Shown in pieces: positions 17,990 through 28,260 of a stretch of 64,000 nucleotides of DNA (positions within the stretch are counted from its first letter, which is position 1; each line of letters begins with the position of its first letter). The position numbers were made by a program, and so were the translations under genes. The DNA comes from Candidatus Micrarchaeia archaeon (GTDB taxonomy: Archaea > Micrarchaeota > Micrarchaeia > Burarchaeales > JAVZCV01): NCBI GenBank assembly GCA_038874215.1, contig JAVZCV010000001.1, forward strand, positions 6,452 through 70,451. Direction: 5' to 3'. The notes under the pieces are model-generated. The model saw only the letters and a list, made by a program, of their open reading frames with translations. It did no database searches and was not told the DNA's origin.

Positions 17990-19681
17990 TTAGCGACGCC
18001 TGATGAAAACCTCGTGAATATGCCTGGCTATGTCCCAAAGCAACAAGGCAGAGACAAAAAGTGGGATTATAGAAAGCTGCTTGAAAGCCTCAAGCCGTAG
18101 GATGGAGAGCAGGAAGGGAAGATAAGTAGCCCCTACAAGACAAAAGAGCAACAGTATCGCATTTCTCATTATTTCCATTCCGAGTTGCTTCCTTTTTCCC
18201 CGAGCATGGAGAAAAGAGTCCGCCAGCTCATCAAGAATGTTGTGGAGCGCATTAATGATTGTTATAAGCGGGAATATTGATGCAATTACTATGAGCGCTA
18301 TAAAGCCGTAGGCAAAAAAAATGTACGTGTTGTTTGGAGGCAGGTATGGAATTAGGGATAGGGTGAGGAAGATGCCGCCCCCCATAACAACTAAAAGCGA
18401 TGCATTCGCAACGAGCTTCTTTCCGTTGTGTATGAACGCAAGGAAGAACCTTCCGCCGGGCTCAAAGTTCCTAACTACGGCGCCAAAATACCGAGATATT
18501 TCGAGCATACGTAAGAGTAGTCCATAAGGCATCGCATTTATGATGAGTGAATGAATGAACTCTGTCCTATTTATTGCCTCAGAGGTTATAACTGCGCTCA
18601 TTAGAACGATGACAGATGTTATCCCGACGATATCAAAAGAGACGAGCTCGCTTGCCTCGCGCGCAAGCAAAAGAGAGAATTCGCCAGTAGGTATCATGGC
18701 GAGCCCCGCAAAAACCGCTGATTTACCACCCAAGCCAACGAAATATGTGCTCAGGCCCATACCAAAAAACTTTGAGAGTGTAGTGATGATGAGAAGTGTG
18801 AGAAGAAGAGGCAAGTTCTGGAGCAATAAAAGAGGCTTAACGAACATGCCCATCGTAAGAAAGAATAGGGCAGTAAACACAGATGTGAAAGGCTTTATCC
18901 TTTTTTCCATTTCCCCACCACTCGGCAGGGTCATTACTATGCTTCCTGCGACAAATGCGCCAATTGATGGAGCGAGGCCCAGAGCGGCAGCTGCATAGCT
19001 GAGCCCGATAGCCATCGCAACTGCGGCAAGCGAGAGAGATTCGTCTGTCCCATATTTCAATATCCAGCAGACAATACCTCTGAGCACTCTTTGAAGCAAA
19101 ACGTATACGAGAGCAAGAAGTGAAAGAGCGATTATGAATGGTAAAAACAAGTCCTGCGAGCTCTGGATGCTTGCAGAACCAGAGGAGAAGAAAGCAAGAA
19201 GGAAGATGGCGAATACATCTTCAAGAATGAGAGTTGCGATTAGCAGGTTTGCCTCCCTTCTATTTTTAATCCCCTTATCGGAAAGCATGCGTGCAACTAT
19301 TGCTGTGCTCGTAACAGAGAATATTGCACCAACTACAAGCGATTCAAAAAGCGATAGTCCTGCCAGCAATGCTGTTTCGTATGTAGCAACAAACACGATG
19401 GATATTTTCAATACGCTGACCAGTATTGCACGGAGACCGCATCGCAGAAGCTTGCCTAAGCTGAACTCAATCCCTATGGTGAAGAGAAGAAGCACGGCGC
19501 CTATTTCTGCCAACATGTTGATGAAATCCGTATGTGCAACCAAACCGAGCATATTCGGGCCTATGAGTGCTCCAGTTATGAGAAGGCCTAAAACGGTGGG
19601 CTGACCGAACCTGTTTGCTACTATGCCGCCAACAAGGGCGAAAACGGAGATTATACCCAGCTCCGCAATAAAGTCCACCAT
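17990..19681 (-). CDS. Monovalent cation:proton antiporter (CPA/Kef-type Na+/H+ exchanger family)
   Basis: About 12 transmembrane helices with typical exchanger segments (…LLITGALIGPNMLGLV…, …GIEFSLGKL…); 563 aa. Confidence 0.75.
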   Translation of the reverse strand: MVDFIAELGIISVFALVGGIVANRFGQPTVLGLLITGALIGPNMLGLVAHTDFINMLAEIGAVLLLFTIGIEFSLGKLLRCGLRAILVSVLKISIVFVATYETALLAGLSLFESLVVGAIFSVTSTAIVARMLSDKGIKNRREANLLIATLILEDVFAIFLLAFFSSGSASIQSSQDLFLPFIIALSLLALVYVLLQRVLRGIVCWILKYGTDESLSLAAVAMAIGLSYAAAALGLAPSIGAFVAGSIVMTLPSGGEMEKRIKPFTSVFTALFFLTMGMFVKPLLLLQNLPLLLTLLIITTLSKFFGMGLSTYFVGLGGKSAVFAGLAMIPTGEFSLLLAREASELVSFDIVGITSVIVLMSAVITSEAINRTEFIHSLIINAMPYGLLLRMLEISRYFGAVVRNFEPGGRFFLAFIHNGKKLVANASLLVVMGGGIFLTLSLIPYLPPNNTYIFFAYGFIALIVIASIFPLITIINALHNILDELADSFLHARGKRKQLGMEIMRNAILLLFCLVGATYLPFLLSILRLEAFKQLSIIPLFVSALLLWDIARHIHEVFIRRR

Positions 19682-19734
19682 GTTTTTATGTAAGATGCTG
19701 AATTTTTAAAAAGTCAAGGTAAAGCAATATTAAT

Positions 19735-19748
19735 TTAGGTATGCCTAA
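19735..19748 (+). promoter_or_regulatory. DtxR/IdeR-box-like palindrome (TTAGGTATGCCTAA), 9 nt upstream of the dtxR-like start codon
   Basis: Inverted half-sites TTAGG/CCTAA resemble the DtxR consensus TTAGGTTAGCCTAACCTAA. An A/T-rich TATA-like stretch (tttttaaaaag) lies about 25 nt upstream. Confidence 0.4.
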
Positions 19749-19756
19749 TATTCGGT

Positions 19757-20380
19757 ATGAAAAAAGTAAGCCCCGAGATGGAGGAGTATCTTGAAGCGAT
19801 ATACAGAAAAAAGGAAAAAGGAGAAACGGCGACAACCAAGGATATTTCCGAAGCACTGAAGGTTTCCAAGCCAAGCGTTACAGAAATGTTCAGAAAACTC
19901 TCAGAGAAGGGGCTTATCAAATACGAACCATACAAGGGTGCCGTCCTAACAAAAGCAGGCGAGGAAATAGGTAGGGATATAACAAGGAAGCATAGGCTCA
20001 TTGAAAAACTGCTTATGCTTCTTGGCGTTAGAAAACGAAGGGTACATGAAGAGGCTTGCGCTCTTGAACACGCCGTTTCTGATGAAGTTGAGAAAGCGAT
20101 AGAAGCGTCAATGGTGCGTAGCGAGAATGATTGGACTCATGGGGAGAAAGTTAAGAGACTTGATGCACTTAGGGAAGGGGAAACGGGCAAAGTCGCATTT
20201 ATAATGGCAGGGAGGAGCGCGACGCGGAGGCTTGCGGACATGGGACTTGTTCCCGGCACAACGGTTACTGTTACGAGACTGTCTCCAATGGGCGGACCGA
20301 TTGAGGTATCTGTGAGAGGTACGGAACTCGCGTTGGGTAGAGGGTTGGCTTCAAGAATTTTTGTTGAGGTTGAAAGATGA
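19757..20380 (+). CDS. DtxR/MntR-family metal-dependent transcriptional repressor with a C-terminal FeoA/SH3-like domain
   Basis: N-terminal HTH (EEYLEAIYRK…TTKDISEALKVSKPSVTEMFRKLSEKGLI), a dimerisation/metal-binding region, and a C-terminal FeoA-like segment GETGKVAFI…LVPGTTVTV. Confidence 0.8.
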   Translation: MKKVSPEMEEYLEAIYRKKEKGETATTKDISEALKVSKPSVTEMFRKLSEKGLIKYEPYKGAVLTKAGEEIGRDITRKHRLIEKLLMLLGVRKRRVHEEACALEHAVSDEVEKAIEASMVRSENDWTHGEKVKRLDALREGETGKVAFIMAGRSATRRLADMGLVPGTTVTVTRLSPMGGPIEVSVRGTELALGRGLASRIFVEVER

Positions 20381-22305
20381 GGAAGATTAGAGTCGCGCTC
20401 GCAGGAAACGCCAACGTTGGGAAATCGGTTATATTCAACTATCTTACGGGTCTTCATCAGCACATAGCAAACTGGCCTGGTAAAACTGTTGAGAAAATGG
20501 AGGGAACGCTCAAATTTAAAGGGTATGAGATAGATGTTGTTGATTTGCCCGGTATATACTCGCTATCAACATACTCACAAGAGGAGTTAATTTCGCGGGA
20601 GTATATAGCATTGCAGAAACCCGATGTTGTTATAAACGTGGTTGATGCGTCTGCGCTTGAAAGGAATCTCATGTTCACCATTCAACTTTTGGAATTGGAA
20701 ACGCCATTGGTGATTGCTTTAAATATGATGGACGTTGCTGAGAGAAGAGGAATAGATATAGACCACGAGAAACTCTCAGCTATTCTTGGTGTTCCAGTCG
20801 TTCCCGTAATAGCCACGAGGGGTATAGGTATCTATGCATTGATAGAGAAAGCAATAGAATCGGTGGAGAAAGATGTGAAGGGTGGGATGAAGGTGAGATA
20901 TTGTAAGATGATAGAGGATAAGATTGGGGAGCTTTCTCCCCGTTTGGAAAATTTGGGGTTGCCTTATCCTGTTAGATGGGTTGCATTGAAGTTGCTTGAA
21001 GGCGATGAGGAGATTATTGGTATGATTGAGGCGAAGAACAAGGAGGTTGTTCAGCTTGCAGAAAAAATGAGAGAGGAGATAGAGGCAAAAAACAGGCGAA
21101 TGTGTTGTATGAGCATAGCAACAGAGAGATATGCAATAGTAAATAAAATTGTTGGGGAATGCCAGCAGATAAAACCGCTGAGTAAACCATCTTTAGAGGA
21201 TAGGATTGATGATTTTGTTCTTCATAGGGTGTTTGGGTATGTTCTACTTGCAATCGTTGTTCTTTCTATTTTTTACTTAGTTTTCGGATTGGGTACCTTT
21301 CTATCTGATATTTTTTCAGAGCTGGCAGGAAGTGTGCCCTCTGGAAGTTTGTTTTTTGGGGAAAGTTTTTGGGCCATTCTTTGGGATGGTTTTTTTGAGG
21401 GCATCATCGCAGGCATCAGTATAGCAATTCCGTATCTAATCCCGTTTTTTATTATCTTATCACTTTTGGAGGATTCGGGATATCTTGCGAGAATGTCTTT
21501 TCTTATGGATAGGGTAATGCACCTTGTAGGGCTGCATGGCAAGGCATTCCTTCCTATGATGCTGGGTTATGGGTGTAATGTCCCAGCATGCTTGGGTTGC
21601 AGGATAATGGAAACAGAGGGGGAGCGTTTTCTTGCTGCTTTTGTATCAACTCTTGTTCCATGTGCTGCTAGAACTGTTGTAATTCTCGGGCTCGTTGGCA
21701 CTTATCTTGGAAGTGGATGGGCTATGGGCATGTATGCAATCAATTTTGTCTTTATACTGCTGCTTGGCAGGCTCGCCTTCAAGATGCTTCCAGGAGAGCC
21801 CGTTGGCCTTATAATGGAAATGCCTTCGTATAAGATGCCGTCTGTAAGGGGTGTTTTTTTGAAAACGTGGTTTAAGCTTCAGGATTTTGTTTACATTGCG
21901 TTTCCAATACTGGTTGTATCTACGTTGGCGGTGAAGCTCATGGAGTTCGCAGGTCTGCTTGAGCCTGTATCCGCTTTCCTTAGTCCTATAACAGTAGGCT
22001 GGCTTGGTCTGCCTGCTTTCGCAGGTATAACGCTTATTTTCGGGGTTTTGAGGAAGGAATTAACGCTTGTTTTGCTCGTGGCGCTTTCTGGAACGACAAA
22101 CCTGTCCGCTGTGCTCTCGCCATTGCAAATGGTCGTCTTCACGCTCGTAACTCTCTTCTATATCCCGTGCGTAGCTACGATATCAACCCTTGTAAAGGAG
22201 TTTGGCTGGAAAAGAGCGCTTGCAATAACGCTTTTTGAAATAGCTTTCGCCATATTGCTGGGTGGTATTGCGCTACGGATTCTGCCTTATATGGGGCTTA
22301 CGTAG
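20377..22305 (+). CDS. feoB: Ferrous iron transporter FeoB
   Basis: N-terminal G-domain ([24 protein letters not shown]) followed by a polytopic membrane domain. Overlaps the dtxR-like stop by 4 nt. Confidence 0.9.
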   Translation: MRKIRVALAGNANVGKSVIFNYLTGLHQHIANWPGKTVEKMEGTLKFKGYEIDVVDLPGIYSLSTYSQEELISREYIALQKPDVVINVVDASALERNLMFTIQLLELETPLVIALNMMDVAERRGIDIDHEKLSAILGVPVVPVIATRGIGIYALIEKAIESVEKDVKGGMKVRYCKMIEDKIGELSPRLENLGLPYPVRWVALKLLEGDEEIIGMIEAKNKEVVQLAEKMREEIEAKNRRMCCMSIATERYAIVNKIVGECQQIKPLSKPSLEDRIDDFVLHRVFGYVLLAIVVLSIFYLVFGLGTFLSDIFSELAGSVPSGSLFFGESFWAILWDGFFEGIIAGISIAIPYLIPFFIILSLLEDSGYLARMSFLMDRVMHLVGLHGKAFLPMMLGYGCNVPACLGCRIMETEGERFLAAFVSTLVPCAARTVVILGLVGTYLGSGWAMGMYAINFVFILLLGRLAFKMLPGEPVGLIMEMPSYKMPSVRGVFLKTWFKLQDFVYIAFPILVVSTLAVKLMEFAGLLEPVSAFLSPITVGWLGLPAFAGITLIFGVLRKELTLVLLVALSGTTNLSAVLSPLQMVVFTLVTLFYIPCVATISTLVKEFGWKRALAITLFEIAFAILLGGIALRILPYMGLT

Positions 22306-22398
22306 AGACACATATTTATATAAGCTTGTAGGTGCATAATACTATTGCTAATTGGTTACCTGATGTAACCTTTAGAAAAAGAAAAAATAGGTGTAGAA

Positions 22399-22575
22399 AT
22401 GGCTTTTGGAGATAGAGAAGACAGAAACGGTAGAAGAGGCCGCTTTGGTGGCGAAAGGGAAATGCACCCTGCAGTCTGCTCTGATTGCGGGCAGCAGACC
22501 GAGGTTCCTTTTAAGCCCACCGAAGGAAGGCCCGTATACTGCCGGGACTGTTACCAGAAACATAGAAGATACTGA
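22399..22575 (+). CDS. Small CxxC-x17-CxxC zinc-ribbon protein (58 aa) missed by the ORF track
   Basis: MAFGDREDRNGRRGRFGGEREMHPAVCSDCGQQTEVPFKPTEGRPVYCRDCYQKHRRY has an RGG-like N-terminus plus a four-Cys ribbon. The overlapping track ORF 22406..22693 is low complexity. Confidence 0.5.
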   Translation: MAFGDREDRNGRRGRFGGEREMHPAVCSDCGQQTEVPFKPTEGRPVYCRDCYQKHRRY

Positions 22576-22624
22576 TTCCTGTTTATTTAATCATCGGGAT
22601 CAGAATTCCTTTTTTAATTTCTTT

Positions 22625-23176
22625 TTATTTTTTTCTTGCTTTTTCTATAAGGAAATTGATAAAGCCCTCAAATGTTCCTTCTTTTGCATATAGTGCATTC
22701 CATTCTCGGCACCACTTCCCATACTCCGCCGCTTCTTCTTCATGTTTTTTGACAGCGTTTGTAAAATCATCCAACGTTTTTTTATCAAGTTCCCAGCGTG
22801 AAGGACAGCGGAAGTTTTTTTTGTATACAATGGATGAACCGCTTTTTTCAAAGGGGTATGCACGACATAGAAGCGGACGGGCTTCGTATACAGAGCAGAG
22901 GTTTTCATCGTTAAGAAAAACACAGCATTCCCTGTTATCCCTCTTTAAACATAGGAAAAATTCCACCGGCTTGCCTCTGTCATATAGAAAGAAGCCGCTC
23001 GTAGGGGGATTTAGGATAAGGTGGGAGGGAACCGCATCCGCCCATTCTGTGCTTTTGGTGTAATCAGCAAGACGCAGAAGGTCGTTAGCTGTTATGCAAA
23101 CGATGTAGTTTTTACAGCAGTTGGCATCACATCTTGCACATGGCCCGCTCGTGGCATTACGATATTCGTATTCCAT
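22625..23176 (-). CDS. YkgJ/UPF0153-family putative zinc/iron-chelating CxxCxxCC protein
   Basis: N-terminal CARCDANCCKNY matches CxxCxxCC, with further Cys (…RECCVF…LCSVYEARPLLCRAYP) typical of the family. Confidence 0.6.
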   Translation of the reverse strand: MEYEYRNATSGPCARCDANCCKNYIVCITANDLLRLADYTKSTEWADAVPSHLILNPPTSGFFLYDRGKPVEFFLCLKRDNRECCVFLNDENLCSVYEARPLLCRAYPFEKSGSSIVYKKNFRCPSRWELDKKTLDDFTNAVKKHEEEAAEYGKWCREWNALYAKEGTFEGFINFLIEKARKK

Positions 23177-23213
23177 AACCAGAAGTAGAAGCTAATCATT
23201 AAAATTTTCATCT

Positions 23214-24296
23214 TCAATCAACTACGCCTTTCGCCGCTGCAATGACGCCTTTTCTATACGGATTTATAAGGAACGAATTGCGTATGGCATTTCCCATGCA
23301 CGGGAGTGCCTTACTGATCGCATTTTCGGCTTTTGTTTTTTTCCGCACCCAAAGATGAAGCGTGGCACCAGAGCCATTTGATATGCCCATGAGAAAATCG
23401 TCTATATCCTCTGCTCTGCCGCAGAAAATATCAGTTTTAGAGAAAGGAATGTTTGAGTGGAAGCTTGGCCGTCCCTCAAAGCTTATTGCTGCGAGGGTGA
23501 TTGGAGTGATACAAAACCCATAGCTTTCTATACCAATTTCAATCCCGTCACGCAGCATTTTTTTCAAGGCAATTCCGATCGTTATCCCAACATCTTCAAG
23601 GACGGCGTGGGAGAGGGCGTAGGTTTTAATCCTGCTGTTTATAGAGCAGGAAATGGGAGTAGAGGAAAACATCGCACTAACCAGCTTTTCTAAACGATGG
23701 CTAAAAGGAGAGGGTGCATGGACCGAGATGCCGCTTTTCCCAAGGCATAGCGATGCGTGAATTTTCGTTTCTGCCGTCTCTCTTTCCGCGGTAGAAGTGA
23801 GGGAAGGGGCTCTGTTTTCTCTCCCCCTAAGCTCACGTATCGCTTCTCCTACGCCCCTGAACACACTTTCCCACATGTGGTGGGGGTCGTTTCCGTTAAT
23901 TACTTCTATGAACATTCCCATCCCCATACCCATACATAGTCCTTCAACAAGCTCAGATAGCTCCGATGCGTTTGTATCCTCTACTCTGCCTTTAAGAAGC
24001 TCTCCCTCATTTTTTCCTGCCTTTATTTTCAGCTTCCTGCCTCCGCCTATTGAAACGACGCATATTGATTCGTCTATTATGCCCAGGGCTTGTGCCTCGG
24101 CATGTTTAAGGAAGGGTTTCAGCGCCTTTCCGACTTCCTCGCCCAACTCACGCATGCGCCATTCGCCAGATATCTCTGCGTTGAGGCACGCCCTTAGAAA
24201 AACATGCTCAAGCATGTGTCTTGTGAATGCAGGTGAATCTATCTGAAAAACAAGAGGTACTCTTTCGCCTTCGTATATGCGCATAGATTTTTTCAT
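23214..24296 (-). CDS. Imidazoleglycerol-phosphate dehydratase (IGPD)-like protein, roughly twice normal length and with degenerate metal-binding motifs
   Basis: The N-terminal half has FTRHMLEHVF (resembling FDHML) and NDPHHMWESVF…GEAIRE (resembling N.HH..E..FKA..AL). The C-terminal half has EDVGITIGIAL, GRPSF and TLHLW…AENAISKAL in IGPD order, but without the His pairs. Confidence 0.4.
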   Translation of the reverse strand: MKKSMRIYEGERVPLVFQIDSPAFTRHMLEHVFLRACLNAEISGEWRMRELGEEVGKALKPFLKHAEAQALGIIDESICVVSIGGGRKLKIKAGKNEGELLKGRVEDTNASELSELVEGLCMGMGMGMFIEVINGNDPHHMWESVFRGVGEAIRELRGRENRAPSLTSTAERETAETKIHASLCLGKSGISVHAPSPFSHRLEKLVSAMFSSTPISCSINSRIKTYALSHAVLEDVGITIGIALKKMLRDGIEIGIESYGFCITPITLAAISFEGRPSFHSNIPFSKTDIFCGRAEDIDDFLMGISNGSGATLHLWVRKKTKAENAISKALPCMGNAIRNSFLINPYRKGVIAAAKGVVD

Positions 24297-24348
24297 GAGT
24301 TGATATGGCAGGGCATGTTTTTATGCCTTCCGAGAAAAATAACCTTCC

Positions 24349-25146
24349 ATGAGAATGGCTGTTTTGCTTTCTTTTGCATCTGTGCTCCTCGTTGCTCTTT
24401 TCGCTTATTCCGTGCTCTACGAGCCAGAGAACATAAGGGTTGAAAAAGTGGAGATAAGAGATGGGAGGGTGCCGGAGGGATTTAGGGGAAAAACGTTCGT
24501 ATTCATGTCGGATTTGCATATAAGAAAGTTCGGTGAGAGGGAGGAGCGCATTCTTGGGATTGTTGATGAACTGAAACCAGATTACATACTACTCGGCGGG
24601 GATTATGTGGTTAAGAACGAAACTGATGTGAGGGAATTGGAATTTTTTAGGAAGCTTGTAGAGAACCGGACTGTTTTTGCGGTGCTTGGAAATCATGAAC
24701 ATGTCCATTCAGATACTGAGGGCATAGTGAGAGCAATGGAGCGCTACGATATTATCGTATTGAAAAACGGACATAAGCGGATATGCGAGAGAAGCGGTTG
24801 TATCGGGATAGTTGGTGTTGATGACCCGTATCTTGGGTATGATGATTTAGGGAAGGCGAGGGAAGGCCTCAATTCATCTTACACAATCCTGCTTGCGCAT
24901 ACGCCAGACATTATTGATAAGGCGGCTGGCTCTTTTGGTCTTATTCTTTCGGGCCATACGCACTGCGGGCAGCTGAATATGCCATTTCTGCGAGGCCTCT
25001 GGATACCTTCAAAATACGGAGAGAGTTATGCATGCGGGCTGTTTGAAGTGAATGGTACAGTCCTTTATGTTTCAAGGGGGGTTGGGCATGAAATTCCTAT
25101 GCGGTTTTTATGCCCGCCTGAGATAACGGTTGTGCGGTTTGCTTAA
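24349..25146 (+). CDS. Membrane-anchored calcineurin-like metallophosphoesterase
   Basis: N-terminal transmembrane segment, FMSDLHI, GGDYV, LGNHE, HTH/GHTHCGQ motifs. Confidence 0.75.
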   Translation: MRMAVLLSFASVLLVALFAYSVLYEPENIRVEKVEIRDGRVPEGFRGKTFVFMSDLHIRKFGEREERILGIVDELKPDYILLGGDYVVKNETDVRELEFFRKLVENRTVFAVLGNHEHVHSDTEGIVRAMERYDIIVLKNGHKRICERSGCIGIVGVDDPYLGYDDLGKAREGLNSSYTILLAHTPDIIDKAAGSFGLILSGHTHCGQLNMPFLRGLWIPSKYGESYACGLFEVNGTVLYVSRGVGHEIPMRFLCPPEITVVRFA

Positions 25147-25189
25147 TAGAGGGGAGAGTTTTTAATTATCGCAACTACAATCACTAATT

Positions 25190-26860
25190 ATGCGCATTAG
25201 AGTAGCGATGGCGCAGATGAACGCAACCGTTGGGGATTTTGAGGGGAATGTGAGGGGAATAACCAAGTTCATCAGAATGGCGGAGGAGGGAGGAGCCGAC
25301 ATCGTTGCGTTTCCTGAGCTCGCCATTACAGGGTATCCGCCACAGGATTTGCTGCTTGAACGTGCTTTTGTAAGGAGGAACTACGAGGCGCTTAGGAAGA
25401 TAATGAAGCGCCACCACAAGATAGTCGCAGTCGTTGGTTTTGTTGAAGAGAGGGGCGAAAAACTTTACAACGCTGCTGCGGTTTTTAGAGGGAAAGAACT
25501 TTTAGGAATTGCACGGAAGGCGCTGCTTCCCACATACGATGTTTTTGATGAGGCGAGGTATTTCAGGGGAGCGGATGAGAAAGAGATAAAGCCGATAGCC
25601 GTGTCCATAAGGGAAAGAAAAATCAATCTTGGCGTTGAGATTTGCGAGGACTTGTGGAATAAACGTGACGAATTAGCCGTCACAGAGCTTCTTGCGAAGA
25701 GAGGGGCGGACATTGTGATTAATATTTCAGCATCGCCGTTTTATGTGGGCAAGAGGTTTGAGCGTGAAAAATTACTATACAACCACTCCCGTAAAAACTG
25801 TGTGCCGATATTTTATGTGAATATGGTTGGCGGACAGGACGAGCTCGTTTTTGATGGGCAGAGCCTTGCAATGGACAGGTTTGGGCATATCATAGGGATT
25901 GGAAAGCAGTTTGAGGAGGATCTCATATTTACCGATATAGATGTGGATAAGGGGACTGCTAAAAGAGTTGAGCCCCCTCTTTACAGGCGGGAGGAGGAAA
26001 TGTTCGGTGCTCTCGTGCTGGGAATACGCGACTACTTTAGAAAGACGGGCTTTAAAAAGGCAGTAGTAGGGCTCAGCGGCGGGATAGACTCCTCTCTAAC
26101 AGCATGCATAGCCGTTGAGGCGCTTGGAAAGGAAAACGTGATTGGAGTTTCAATGCCTTCAAAATATTCAAGCGATCACGGAAAGGAAGATGCGCAAAAA
26201 CTTGCCGAAAATCTTGGGATACTTTTTATACGTATACCCATACAGGAAGTGGTTGACAGCTACAAAATGGTGATGGAAGAGTCGCTTGCGAGAATAAGGG
26301 AGAGGTTTGGGTTAAAAAAAGGGGAAGAGGATGCAGTTGCTGATGAGAACATACAGTCAAGAGTTAGGGCTAACTGCCTCATGGACATATCAAACAGGTT
26401 TCGGAAGCTTGGGATACTTGTGATTAATACTGGGAATAAAACAGAGCTTGCTCTCGGCTACTGCACGCTTTATGGGGATATGGCAAGCGGTATAGGTGCG
26501 CTCGGCGATGTGAGCAAGCTTGAGGTGTATAAGCTCGCTGCCTATGTCAATGAGAGAGCACAGAGAGAGGTTATACCAGCGCGCGTATTTTCTAAGCGCC
26601 CATCGCCCGAGTTAAGAGAAGGACATTTCACACCGTTTAATTTTGAGATCGTCAGCCCGATTGTAGATGAGATAATGAGCGGGAAGAGTAGAAGGGAAAT
26701 CTTGCGCATGGGTTATCCTAAGAAAATCGTAGATGACGTTTATGAGAGATTTAGGAAAGCAGAGTTCAAAAGGAGACAAGCGGCGCCTTTTATAAAGATA
26801 ACGCGCAGGGCTTTTGGAATGGGCTGGAAAATGCCGATAGCTAACAAATATGATGGATGA
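25190..26860 (+). CDS. nadE: Glutamine-dependent NAD+ synthetase (N-terminal nitrilase/CN-hydrolase domain plus NadE domain)
   Basis: The CN-hydrolase region has AFPELAITGY; the synthetase region has the PP-loop GLSGGIDSS. Length 556 aa. Confidence 0.85.
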   Translation: MRIRVAMAQMNATVGDFEGNVRGITKFIRMAEEGGADIVAFPELAITGYPPQDLLLERAFVRRNYEALRKIMKRHHKIVAVVGFVEERGEKLYNAAAVFRGKELLGIARKALLPTYDVFDEARYFRGADEKEIKPIAVSIRERKINLGVEICEDLWNKRDELAVTELLAKRGADIVINISASPFYVGKRFEREKLLYNHSRKNCVPIFYVNMVGGQDELVFDGQSLAMDRFGHIIGIGKQFEEDLIFTDIDVDKGTAKRVEPPLYRREEEMFGALVLGIRDYFRKTGFKKAVVGLSGGIDSSLTACIAVEALGKENVIGVSMPSKYSSDHGKEDAQKLAENLGILFIRIPIQEVVDSYKMVMEESLARIRERFGLKKGEEDAVADENIQSRVRANCLMDISNRFRKLGILVINTGNKTELALGYCTLYGDMASGIGALGDVSKLEVYKLAAYVNERAQREVIPARVFSKRPSPELREGHFTPFNFEIVSPIVDEIMSGKSRREILRMGYPKKIVDDVYERFRKAEFKRRQAAPFIKITRRAFGMGWKMPIANKYDG

Positions 26861-26864
26861 AAGC

Positions 26865-28163
26865 TCATATCGGCTTAACGTGCCCCCATTTATCAAGGGC
26901 GAGCCTTAGCTCATCATGATTCTTTGCGTATTCTTCCAAGCTTATGCCTGTGCTGTAGGCTTCTATTGCCTGCATGCATGCCTTCACGCCTGCTTCAACA
27001 CCTTTCGGATGCCCGAGCGTTCCGCCTCCCACCTGGATTACGATGTCAGTCGTGCCATATATGTTGAAAATTTCAGGTAGTATGCCTGGGTGGAGCCCGC
27101 CCGATGCAACGGGAAGCATGGGCTTTATTTTTCCCCATTTCTGGGGCATTCGCATATTTTCTATCTCGCCGACCTCTTTCTCGCATATCATCTCCTTTAT
27201 TGCGAGAATTTCGCTCTTTGCACCCTGGAGCTTGCCTATAACTGTCCCTATGTGAAGCTGATCTATTCCGATGAGGCGCATGAGCTTTGCAAGGAAAAGC
27301 ATGCTCATCCCATGCTCCTTTCTTGTGAACATCGCATGCATTGCCCTGTGCCCATGAATCGCCATGTCAAGGTCGTGCGCAAGCTCTGTTGCTGTTTGGA
27401 CGGCTGTGAAACCAGAAATAACAACATCAAGCATGAAATACCTGAATCCCGCATCATGCACTACTCGTATTCTTTTCTCAAGCTCTTTCAGATTTGGGGC
27501 AGTCACGTTTATGAATGCGTCCTTTATTTCTCCCGTCTCTCTTTCTGCCCTATCACGCATCCTCGCAAGTAACCTAACGCGCTCAGAAAGCCTGTTGAAA
27601 TTCTGGCTTGTAAGGTTTTCATCATCTTTGACGCAGTCAAAACCGCCTTTCCAAATTTCATAGGCAACTTCCGCATGCTCTCTTGCCGTGAAACCCACCT
27701 TGGGCTTTGGGACAACAGAGGTTATCGGCCCTTTTTTCTTTTTGAAAATTCTTCTTATCGCATCCCTCCCATAGTTCGGTCCTCTGAAATTCTTTATGTA
27801 TGTGAGGGGAAGCTCAGCGTCAAGAAGCTTTAAACTCGCAACGGCTTTCATGCCGAATATGTTTCCCCCTATTCCTGCTATGAGTTGCGGTATGCTGCCC
27901 TCTTCCCAGAGCGCAATCGGGTATGCGATTTTTACATAGTTTTTGTCATGCCAGTATGCATGTGCCTTGAGTTTTTCCATAAGCTTTGGCATGCGCGCCA
28001 GCGTTGTCCACGTGCCCGTTGAGCTTTCTGATGCGAGCCTGCCGACAACGTCATCAACAGAAATGCCATCAGACGGCTCAAAATAGAAAAGAGCTTTTAT
28101 TTCGTTGCTTTTTGGTGCGTATTTCCTATCAACAAACTCAGAGTACCATTCAAATTTATCCAA
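26865..28163 (-). CDS. rbcL: Ribulose-1,5-bisphosphate carboxylase large subunit, archaeal form III
   Basis: GGFDCVKDDENL (KDDE), GGLHPG, GGGTLGHP. Size and sequence match form III (about 430 aa). Confidence 0.85.
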   Translation of the reverse strand: MDKFEWYSEFVDRKYAPKSNEIKALFYFEPSDGISVDDVVGRLASESSTGTWTTLARMPKLMEKLKAHAYWHDKNYVKIAYPIALWEEGSIPQLIAGIGGNIFGMKAVASLKLLDAELPLTYIKNFRGPNYGRDAIRRIFKKKKGPITSVVPKPKVGFTAREHAEVAYEIWKGGFDCVKDDENLTSQNFNRLSERVRLLARMRDRAERETGEIKDAFINVTAPNLKELEKRIRVVHDAGFRYFMLDVVISGFTAVQTATELAHDLDMAIHGHRAMHAMFTRKEHGMSMLFLAKLMRLIGIDQLHIGTVIGKLQGAKSEILAIKEMICEKEVGEIENMRMPQKWGKIKPMLPVASGGLHPGILPEIFNIYGTTDIVIQVGGGTLGHPKGVEAGVKACMQAIEAYSTGISLEEYAKNHDELRLALDKWGHVKPI

Positions 28164-28260
28164 CCTGACACCCGTGTTGTATTTCGGATAATGAAATATT
28201 AAAATACAACATCACTCAACTGTATGCGATAATTTTAATTAGTATTGGAAAAATCATCTC

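Noticed and set aside
22406-22693. Track ORF 22406..22693 (+), 95 aa
   Set aside because: C-terminal half is FFNFFLFFSCFF-type low complexity. The overlapping 58-aa CxxC zinc-ribbon frame is far more protein-like.
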